Made by a program: the position numbers and the translations under genes. Below the pieces are notes generated by a model that searched no databases, was not told where the DNA came from, and saw only the letters and a list, made by a program, of their open reading frames with translations. A DNA stretch of 64,000 bases from Eledone cirrhosa (taxonomy: Eukaryota), in assembly GCA_964016885.1 (NCBI GenBank), contig OZ024742.1:174096001-174160000 (forward strand). Reading direction: 5' to 3'. Positions 53,756 through 64,000 of this stretch are shown in pieces (the first letter of the stretch is position 1; every line of letters begins with the position of its first letter).

Positions 53756-54290
53756 TAACAGATTAAAGTTTAAGCAAAGAATCGCTGCTTTCACCCTTAA
53801 CGGGATCTTCTGAAACTAACAAAGTCAATCTGTAAACGCAGAACTGGATATTTCAAAAAAAGTTGCAACCGGAGGAAGACAGGAAGACGATACTTTGGTT
53901 CGTGGAAAAGTTCGCTGGCAAAGAACGGGAAAAAACGAATAATACGTCATTAATAGGAGCGGTGAAAAACAATTACGCGCATAGACAGAACCACGTTTAT
54001 GGTATAAAAGAGGTTGTAGACTAATGTTCTCTTAGGTGGTGCATAGAGACGTTCTCTGGCAATGAACAAAAAAACGAAGATAATAAGTCATATGTGGAGC
54101 GTGGAGAACAATAGCACGCAAAGACAAAACCACGTAAATGGTATAGCAGAAGTTGTAGACTAAAATTCTAACTAGGAAACCAAATGAATCTCCGCTACAG
54201 AGTTAAGAACAAAGTAAATAAATACAATACAGAAGTAATAGAAACAAATAAATACATACACGCAAACAGATACGTACATACACAAGCATA
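53752..54290 (-). mobile_element. Family F non-coding unit with an internal duplication; CAGAAGA hammerhead-like motif at 53767-53817
   Basis: Homologous to 36243-36700 and 18490-18600; ends at (TA)n. Confidence 0.65.
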
Positions 54291-54313
54291 CGCAAAACCT
54301 TACCATATGTAAT

Positions 54314-54371
54314 TCCATTTACCAGTGGTTTCTTAAAAGCAAAAAATATTGGTTTCAATCATCAGAATGAA
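54314..54371 (-). ncRNA. Type I hammerhead motif, family I (inverted 5' copy)
   Basis: ttcatt CTGATGA ttgaaaccaa...ttgcttttaa GAAAcc act gGTA aatgga. Confidence 0.78.
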
Positions 54372-54531
54372 AAAATCCAGTTCTATTTATTGATATTGGA
54401 TTCTAAATACTAAAATGCAATCTATATGAAAGTGAGGCTGGAGAAGGAAGAAGGAAAGGAAAAATAAAATAAAAAAATAAAAAAATAACACACATGCATA
54501 CACACACATACAAACACACACAATTATATAT

Positions 54532-54598
<67 letters not shown>

Positions 54599-54636
54599 CA
54601 CTCATACATACACACACACATATACACATATATATA

Positions 54637-55002
54637 TTATGAGGCTAAAATAACACCGTTAATCAACAACCAGCTAGCCGGGAGTGAGCGATATGTCGGC
54701 ATGACCCAGGACAGGTTTAAAACCAGATGAAAACGGCCCTCTCAAGTAAGGTGTGGGGATTCAAGGATAATAACATCCCGTACTCTATCGATTGGTCTAT
54801 TTTAGACCATTCGAGGGAGTACCAAAGGGGCACAAAGAATTGTTCTTTGTGTACCACAGAAAAATATAGGATTTTGTTAAACTTGAGAGCCACTTCTGCT
54901 TGCCTGAATTCAAAGACCGAGATCTTTAGATGTTGTCCTCATCTGAAATCACATCTGATCTATAACTGGATTGACATTCCTGTGATAACTCAACCGCCTT
55001 GA
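54637..55002 (+). pseudogene. PLE GIY-YIG endonuclease remnant (frameshifted)
   Basis: YEAKI...YVGMTQDRFKTR / TALSSKVW...IDWSIL...CSLCTTEKYRIL...LNSKTEIFRCCPH. Confidence 0.85.
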
Positions 55003-55178
55003 ACTCCTTTCCTGCTCTTTACTTCTACTACGGTTTTTTACGGGCTGAATCCACGTTCTGTACTCTTGTATTCTCTTTCTCCCTTATCTCCCCTTATATT
55101 TAACCTTTTCCTATGTCTTTTTCCCCCTAAATTTTATTTTTGCCTTACCCTTCACATACAAAAATGTATGTGTATGTA

Positions 55179-55223
<45 letters not shown>

Positions 55224-55254
55224 ATATGTATATATATGGATAGACCAGGATTTT

Positions 55255-55312
55255 TTCATTCTGATGATTGAAGGCGTCTTTTTTTGCTTTTAAGAAACCA
55301 CTGGTAAATAGA
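55255..55312 (+). ncRNA. Type I hammerhead motif, family I
   Basis: ttcatt CTGATGA ttgaaggc...gcttttaa GAAAcc act gGTA aataga. Lies about 250 bp after the endonuclease stop. Confidence 0.75.
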
Positions 55313-55546
55313 ATAATTGCCTTATGTTGTTTATTACATGACTATATATACATATGTATATTTTAGAGTTAAATAAGGTTCATATGAATTATCTAAGATT
55401 GAGTTTTACACACACATATATATATATATATATGTGTGTGTATATACGTGTTTGTATTTGGTTGTGCGTGTTTGTGATATGTACGTATTTGTATGTGTAT
55501 AATTGTATGGCTATGTATGTATGAGTGTGTATATATATATATATAT

Positions 55547-55633
<87 letters not shown>

Positions 55634-55690
55634 CGCATACACAAATACATAAACAAACACACACACACACATATACACACACATATACAT

Positions 55691-55748
<58 letters not shown>

Positions 55749-56364
55749 ATGTATATGTGTGTGTATATGTGTTTGTGTGTGTTTGTTTATGTATTTGTGT
55801 ATGCGTATGTATGTGTTTATGTATTTGTATATGTATATTTATGTGTGAGAGTGTGTGTATGTATTTATTTTTACGTATGTATGTGTACGTGCATTTGTGT
55901 GTATTGCTAACCACGTGTGTTTGTTCATTTATATGTTGTCTGTATCGGTGTCAACTTATAACAGTCTTTATTTTCATTTATTTCTTTATATATATGTTTT
56001 CTTATATTTATTTGCGTGTGTGAATATGTAGAGGTGTGTGTATAGTTTTCTAATGTTGTGCATGCATATGTATACATTTATGTATGTGTATGTATGTACG
56101 TGTGTATATAGGTATGATTGTGTGTATGTATGTATGTATGTATGTATATATATGTGTGTATGGCTATGTATGTGTATGTGTACGCATATATATATATATA
56201 TTTCTATTTCTATATATATATGTGTGTATATATGTGTGTGTGGTTGTATATATGTATGTGTATGTATGGATATGTTGATACTTATGTGTGTATGTATGTG
56301 TATGTGTGTGTGTATATATATACACACATATATATGTGTATATGTGTGTGTGTATGTATGAGGG

Positions 56365-56461
<97 letters not shown>

Positions 56462-56618
56462 ATGTATATAATTGTGTGTGTTTGTGTGTGTGTGTTTGCA
56501 TGTGTGTTTTTATTTTTTTATTTTATTTTTCCTTTCCTTCTTCCTTCTCGAGCTTCACTTTCATATAGATTGCATTTTTGTTTTTAGAATCCAATATCAA
56601 TAAATAGACCAGGATTTT

Positions 56619-56675
56619 TTCATTCTGATGATTGAAAGCAAAATGTTTGCTTTTAAGAGACCACTGGTAAATGGA
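56619..56675 (+). ncRNA. Family I hammerhead copy with GAAA mutated to GAGA
   Basis: ttcatt CTGATGA ttgaaagcaaa..tttgcttttaa GAGA cc act gGTA aatgga. Confidence 0.6.
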
Positions 56676-56770
56676 ATAATTGCCTTATGTTGTTTATTAC
56701 ATAACTATTAAGCTCTGTTACCTACATAGAGCACTCTTTTTTTCCTGGACTTTTCCGAAGGAATTACTTC

Positions 56771-56810
<40 letters not shown>

Positions 56811-56814
<4 letters not shown>

Positions 56815-58713
56815 AAGGAATAATAACAGGTAGATATCATAAAAAGGTAATTTATTCCGTGTGCTTACAAATGTTTCCACGGTGGTTGTGCAGCCTAGTT
56901 ATGCTATGTGCAAATTTACAACTATTTGCAAAACTCAATAATCAAATGCTGTGACCACTGTGTCATCATAGCGGAATGGTTAAAATGTACAATGTAAATA
57001 CCCTTAAGTGAGGTTATTGGAGAAGATAGAGTAGGAAGAGAGATAGAAAGATATGCAGGGGTTGGAGAAATAGGAGAGATTGGTTTGTAGATATCTTAAT
57101 CAAAATGCTATGGTAGGGGTTTTATTATACTGGTTACTCTTAAAGCCACCACCTTAAGCGATGCGTTGATAGTCAAGGTTGGAATTATTTATTGCCCCAG
57201 AGGGCAGGTTCATAGATTTGGAGAGGGAGGGAGGTCAAAGGCGAGAGAGAGAGTGGAATGGATATAGAAGGAGAGATAGAGAGGGGACAGACGAAAGCTA
57301 TGGGGTGGGTGAACTTTCGGTTCGTGGTAGTAATTTGCGAATTGCACTAAGTTACCATTTATAGTGATAAGCAGGGTATTGTCTTGTAGTGTGGGGGAAG
57401 AGAAGGTGTTAGCTAGAAAGCAATGTTATAGTTACGGGTTCGAATGTTAAGATATTTTATAGTGAGAGAATTTAGCTTTTAGTTTTAGGTTGCAGTATAA
57501 TGATCGTTCGATTCTATCGTTAAGTAGTTTATTTTTGGATTTTAAGAGGTAAAAGAATTCAAATTTACATAACCTACAGTACTTCAATCCACTCCGATAT
57601 GCACTTGCGCTGGATGGTATATCCCATTTTAAGGTGAACTGTTGGTTGTGTTCACGGAGTTGCCAGGTCTTGTTGGCGAGCGTTGTCACAAAACGGTGAT
57701 AGGATGTTTAATTGAGAATGGATGACGGTACCAACGAGATTTAAACGAGGTGGTGGTAGACCCGATGTAATACCATTTCTGGTCGTTCGATTCAACCGTG
57801 CATTGGTAAACAATGTTGGACTTTAGGCATTTATTCTTTAATGGACATCTTTCAGGTAGATGGCAGTTGCAGTTTTTGTTGTGGGTAGCGGGTATACCAT
57901 GGATACGTTGTGATAGCAGTACAGGTGGGTTGTGTAATACCCGTCTCCCATTTAGTGGTTGGGAGGCAGATATTACGTTCTGCCCATCTGTTATCAAAAT
58001 ATTTTGTTTTGTAGTGTTGTTTAATTGCTTTCAGTTAAGTTTTTTATGTATGCTTCAATGGTTGGTGCCGTGGAGTATGATAGTCTAATAGTTTTAGAGT
58101 TCAGAATGTTGCTGTATTTATGGGAACTATATAAGTGTTTGTTGATTAACTTAAAGAATGAAAGAGATAGTATTGTACTAATCGAGGCATTAAAAATAGG
58201 ATTATACCAGATATACTTTCTACAACGTGATTTATTTGGTGATGATTTTCTTTTATTAGTATGTCTGGTGGTACTGCGTGTGTGCGCTTGTATATTAGTC
58301 CCCCGGTTACGTATTCCTTGATTTCGTGTAGAGCTATGTGTGTTATGGAGATTCTTATCAATGTATTCTATTGTATCCCGGTGGTCGGCATTCCTTAATG
58401 CATTATTATAGTATTCAGCGTGTTCATTAAAAATCTTAGAGTCAGACGATAGGCGAGAGATTCTAAGAGAAATATTACGAGGAACCGATTTGATCATCGA
58501 AAGTGGGTGGTTTCAGTTAAAATTGATATAAGTATGGTTCTCATTTATCTTGTGGAAGGGTCGTATCATTCCGGTATTTAAATTAAGAGTTACGTCTAGA
58601 AAATTTACTACTTTAAGATTGTATTAGTATGTTATTTTTAGACCCAGTTCGCTAAAAGTGTTTCTAATATTTTTCCGTAACATTTCAAGATTTTGGTTAT
58701 TTAAGTTATTAAC

Positions 58714-58717
<4 letters not shown>
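56811..58717 (-). mobile_element. Decayed PLE: RT C-terminus, GIY-YIG domain and 3' region with a hammerhead-like motif (56863-56972)
   Basis: VVNFLDVTLNLNTG, IWYNP, TIRLSYS, CNC..CPL..C..IVYQC..YYIGST..FKSR, CRLC..LLNDR. 3' motif: gct ATGATGA cacagtggt...accaccgtg GAAAC attt GTA agc, then AATAAA. Confidence 0.88.
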
Positions 58718-58800
<83 letters not shown>

Positions 58801-58803
<3 letters not shown>

Positions 58804-59003
58804 ACGATGGAAATGTGGTAAGGAACCAGATGGACACCATAATGCACCAAAATACTCAATACTTAGGGTAGTAGAGTGGGTAAAAGGAACAAGTAGGACC
58901 CCGACGGCTGAGCTCAAGCCGTTTCGACGGCTAATTCTGGACTCAGTCCAGAATTACTCGTCGAAACAGCTTGAGCTCAGCCGTCGGGGTCCTAGTTGTT
59001 CCT
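58801..59003 (-). mobile_element. Family C unit with palindrome 58885-59003
   Basis: Homologous to 43034-43227 in the opposite orientation, with the same fold-back centre. Confidence 0.75.
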
Positions 59004-59011
59004 ATATATAT

Positions 59012-59091
<80 letters not shown>

Positions 59092-59249
59092 ACTAGAAAT
59101 TGATTAACATATAAATAAACATGAATAATCACAGGAGATAATTCATACAAGTGTGTAACCACACATAGCTAGGTAGGTAACTACGTAAAGTTGACCAGAA
59201 CTTCAAAAATAGATACCTTATAATATGACGCATGATATATAATATGCGG

Positions 59250-59422
59250 GTGATATGGCGCATGTCTTTCTGGCATGACACCCATAATTTTGATTTGGAT
59301 TAAATTCATTTGATATCTTAATTTTGGATATATATATATATCCAAAATTAAGATAAATCAAAGTGAATTTAATCTAACTCAAAATTATGGGTGTCATGCC
59401 AGAAAGACATGCGCCATATCAC
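59250..59422. repeat. Palindrome of about 170 bp centred on (TA)n
   Basis: gtgatatggcgcatgtctttctggcatgacacccataattttg mirrored perfectly; the inner part is imperfect. Confidence 0.85.
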
Positions 59423-59424
59423 AC

Positions 59425-59487
<63 letters not shown>

Positions 59488-59557
59488 CAGTATATATATA
59501 TATAAATATATATATATACACATATACATATATATATATATCCATACATATATATAT

Positions 59558-59589
<32 letters not shown>

Positions 59590-59598
59590 GTGTGTATG

Positions 59599-59629
<31 letters not shown>

Positions 59630-59640
59630 ATATATATATG

Positions 59641-59699
<59 letters not shown>

Positions 59700-59883
59700 A
59701 TATATATGTGTGTGTGTGTACATATATATATGTATATATATATATGTATATATATATATATAAATATATGTTGAAAAAAAAATGAAAACGAAATTTCATT
59801 TCTCACTCTTAGTATGGCACTTACTTAAATGTAAGTATGTATGTATACGTACGTACATATATGTATACAGACGTACAGTAGCA

Positions 59884-59961
<78 letters not shown>

Positions 59962-60128
59962 CATATACATATATACATACAGGTACACATACATATATGC
60001 ACGCATCAGTTTAGCGGACGCTTATTATAACGCCGCTATGTTCGTTTGTAAGCAAACCGAACAGCCTGAATTTATGCCATACGGTGTTAAGGCAACCACG
60101 TCACCTTTTTGTTCAACACTGACACAGG

Positions 60129-60173
60129 AACGATGTACTAGTTTCAAGCTTGTTAGCTATCATCAGCACCGTT
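60129..60173 (-). ncRNA. Minimal type I hammerhead, family J
   Basis: aacggtg CTGATGA tagct-aaca-agctt GAAAC ta GTA catcgtt. Confidence 0.85.
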
Positions 60174-60519
60174 TACCCATCTGCCAGATAGTTGAACGTT
60201 CGAAAGTATATACTTTCCTTATGAAAATTAACGGCTGAGCAGCCTAATTTGCATATTGAGTGAGTTAAATCGGTCAGGCATACCGAAAACGATAAGTTGT
60301 ATACATATATGTATGTACGTATACATACATACTTACATTTAAGTAAGTGCCATACTAAGAGTGAGAAATGAAATTTCGTTTTCATTTTTTTTTCAAGTTA
60401 TCGTTTTCGGTATGCCTGACCGATTTAACTCACTCAATATGCAAATTAGGCTGCTCAGACGTTAATTTTCATAAGGAAAGTATATACTTTCGAACGTTCA
60501 ACTATCTGGCAGATAGGTA

Positions 60520-60564
60520 AACGGTGCTGATGATAGCTAACAAGCTTGAAACTAGTACATCGTT
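60520..60564 (+). ncRNA. Minimal type I hammerhead, family J
   Basis: 7-bp stem I aacggtg/catcgtt, stem II agct/agct, palindromic ACTAGT stem III, GUA site. Confidence 0.87.
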
Positions 60565-60737
60565 CCTGTGTCAGTGTTGAACAAAAAGGTGACGTGGTTG
60601 CCTTAACACCGTATGGCATAAATTCAGGCTCTTCAGTTTGCTTACAAACGAACAAAGCGGCGTTATAATAAGCGTCCGCTAAACTGATGCGTGCATATAT
60701 GTATGTGTACCTGTATGTATATATGTATATGTATATG

Positions 60738-60799
<62 letters not shown>

Positions 60800-61035
60800 T
60801 GCTACTGTACGTCTGTATACATATATGTATGTACGTATACATACATACTTACATTTAAGTAAGTACCATACTAAGAGTGAGAAATGAAATTTCGTTTTCA
60901 TTTTTTTTTCAACTCATCGTTTTCGGTATGCCTGACCGATTTAACTCACTCAATATGCAAATTAGGCTGCTCAGCCGTTAATTTTCATAAGGAAAGTATA
61001 TACTTTCGAACGTTCAACTATCTGGCAGATGGGTA

Positions 61036-61080
61036 AACGGTGCTGATGATAGCTAACAAGCTTGAAACTAGTACATCGTT
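61036..61080 (+). ncRNA. Minimal type I hammerhead, family J
   Basis: Identical to 60520-60564, 516 nt downstream. Confidence 0.87.
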
Positions 61081-61247
61081 CCTGTGTCAGTGTTGAACAA
61101 AAAGGTGACGTGGTTGCCTTAACACCGTATGGCATAAATTCAGGCTGTTCAGTTTGCTTACAAACGAACAAAGCGGCGTTATAATAAGCGTCCGCTAAAC
61201 TGATGCGTGCATATATGTATGTGTACCTGTATGTATATATGTATATG

Positions 61248-61343
<96 letters not shown>

Positions 61344-61423
61344 TGCTACTGTACGTCTGTATACATATATGTACGTACGTATACATACATACTTACATAT
61401 ATATATATGTATATATATGTATA

Positions 61424-61456
<33 letters not shown>

Positions 61457-61478
61457 GTGAATATGTACATATATATAC

Positions 61479-61570
<92 letters not shown>

Positions 61571-61609
61571 ATATATATATGTGTATAAATATATATATAT
61601 GTGTGTGTG

Positions 61610-61985
<376 letters not shown>

Positions 61986-62049
61986 TAAGGGAGATAACTG
62001 CGAAAGTCCAAAATATTCTAGTTGATAAGAAAATTAGGATGTTGTCGTT

Positions 62050-63335
62050 ATTCAATCCGGAATTTTGTAGTAATGTAAGATGTGTTTCCAGACATGTGGA
62101 CAACGTGTGAAGAATTCAATCATGAATTTAGGCATCGCTATTGCGTAATCTCTCTAGAATATTTATCCTTTCATCAATACATACTTCACAAGATGGATTT
62201 CCCTTTGGACTTAGTGATGGCTTTCCATTGAATGGAGTAGTCTATACCTGGGTCATTTAGGGACCATACGTGGCTCGCGATTTTCGCGGATGGTCGTGGA
62301 CTGATGTTTAAGGAAGCATTCCTTAAATCGGCCCTCCGCCATATCCACATAGGATTTGATCTCCTGTGGTTGATTTGGTCGGTTGGAAAGTACACAGCTT
62401 CATAAACTACAGCGGTTTTGTTGCATTGCTGTTGAAAGGGACAAGCTTCAGGCTTACGGCAAGAGCACTCCGGTGGGATCTTGCTCTTAAGGGTGTTGGT
62501 GATGTGGGCCTTCATATTCTTAGCGCAGGAGTACCCTAGTTTTACTTTGTATCTGTTAAATATGGAGCAGAAAGTGTCTATCTAAGAGGGCTCAACATTT
62601 TTCTCCTAGATTAGTTTTAACGTTGAATGAGAAGAGAGGAGAGAACCAGATAATTTGTCTATTGTTACGCTTTCTTTTCTTATTGTTGTTGTTGTTAGTG
62701 GGAGAGTAAGTGATAGGTTGCGAGAAGCCGCCGTTACTAACGCCGTGGTATAGTAGGGTGCCGCTCTGTCAAATATAGCCTTATTAGAGGAGAGGTTAGA
62801 GATTGTAGTACTGATTTTATTTCCGAAGCTTCTAAAAACAGTGGGAGGGTGGCATGAGTCCTTGTGAATGTAATTGAGCTTTTCGTTAAGCTTATGGAAG
62901 GGTCTGTAGGTGTGTGTGCGAAGGTCTAAATTAATGTCTAAGAGATCTACGCTAGAAAGGTTGGTAGCTACTGTTATCCTATGTCCTAACTCATTGAAGG
63001 TAGAAGTTACGTCTTTTTTAAAGCACTTTTCTGGTTCTATAAGATCAGGCCTTCGTCGCGGTTTATTCCCCTGTGGAAATCCGGGAATCTAACATGTAAT
63101 ATGCCTAAAATAAATAGGCCAACCAAGTCGCATACGTCAGCACTACCAAACGATCCCATGGAGACGTCGAATAGTTCTGAAGTGGTTGACTTCTTTGCCC
63201 AGGATAATCCGTTGGTGAAGAGGAGGTTTTTCCGGCAGTGAGCGACGATTTCCTGGTCTAAAACATGGACGGTAGTGTAAGTGGTAGGAAAGTCCAACAC
63301 TTTGCTTAACAGAGTCTCTGAGATCGACGGGTAAA
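62050..63335 (-). mobile_element. Decayed PLE (RT and GIY-YIG)
   Basis: FYPSISETLL, FDVSMGSFGSADVCDLVGLFIL, RDEGL, CSCRKPEACPFQQQC...VVYEA, YSIQWKAI, CEVCIDER...RCPH. Confidence 0.87.
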
Positions 63336-63474
63336 ATATATATATATATATAATGTGTGTGAATGTGTTTGTATGGAGGATATCCGTAGACAAAAAGCCA
63401 AGGAAAACAATGCTTAATATAGTAAAAGAGAGTTATTTAGTATATATTAAACTTTCATACACTTTACATGTATG

Positions 63475-63815
63475 TGTAGCGGCCCCTTACGGTTGTGACT
63501 CAGCACGTATAGGAGTTACGTCCCTTTGCGACGGGCGCGACACCCAGCGGCAGATTCATGTACTAAACGGTGTTGCGTCCCCCTGGGGACTATATAGTCG
63601 AGGACAATCAAGGCATAAGACACGCTCTACTCCTGAACTTCGAAGGGACAAGAACACCTGAGACCTTGTCAAGAGATGACTCCTGTTTCACTTCCTTCGC
63701 AGCCAAAAAAAAGAACAGCGGCAGCCTAAAGAAACACTTGAACCTTACCAAGAGAAGATTTTCTGTTTTCCTCCACACACTCCAGTCTGGGAGTTGTTAC
63801 CACCTGAACATCAAC
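63475..63815 (+). mobile_element. Possible solo LTR or other GC-richer repeat
   Basis: Starts TGTAGCGG and has a TATA-like ctatatag; the 3' boundary is not clear. Confidence 0.25.
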
Positions 63816-64000
63816 ATGTGGTAACAATTCTTTATAACAATTTCTTTGACTTCTGTGAAGTAAATCCATGTCACAACTCTCACCTGCATTTATTGTCATT
63901 CTTGATAATATTTATATACACTGATACTAATTTCTTAAATTGGTGACCTGACGTTTAAAAAAAAAAAAAAAAAAAGAATGGGAAACAGTAAAATGTGTAT

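Larger units (their letters stand above)
59770..61396. mobile_element. Retrozyme-like unit of about 516 bp: one inverted copy (59770-60296) plus tandem plus-strand copies (partial 60297-60395, 60398-60912, 60913-61396)
   Basis: Near-identical non-coding units, each with one hammerhead and an internal (TA)n. Confidence 0.8.

Noticed and set aside
53758-53833. Plus-strand reading acagatt...gaaactaacaaagtc-aatctgt as a hammerhead
   Set aside because: No CUGANGA, and GTC is not kept in the other two copies. The minus-strand fold explains the sequence better.
60038-61171. Repeated 66-aa ORF (MFVCKQTEQPEF...)
   Set aside because: Antisense to the ribozyme unit, recurs only because the unit is duplicated, and has no recognisable domain.

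Overview
Eukaryotic, AT-rich, microsatellite-laden DNA with no host exon that I can support. The SINE families and the (TA)n/(CA)n load suggest an octopod cephalopod (inference). Contents: the 3' half of a Tx1/L1-clade LINE; an apparently full-length RTE LINE with an intact 1006-aa ORF and a higher-order tandem-repeat 5' region; decayed RTE, Vingi-like and Gypsy copies; four Penelope-like element (PLE) coding remnants with GIY-YIG signatures; Meta-type and CORE-type tRNA-derived SINEs; and non-autonomous Helitron-like elements. Most short ORFs in the track are microsatellite artefacts. The main signal the ORF track does not show is a dense population of minimal type I hammerhead ribozyme motifs, read by eye. 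There are 12 copies with an intact CUGAUGA...GAAA...UH core and about a dozen variant, decayed or half copies, in roughly nine sequence families. They lie in PLE 3' regions and in non-coding PLE-derived units, sit in (TA)n tracts, and occur as inverted or tandem pairs. Notable details: a 516-bp tandem retrozyme-like unit, a CAGAAGA core variant in three copies, palindromes folded back at ribozyme stem II, and a short hairpin shared downstream across families. All structures are manual predictions and no activity has been shown.
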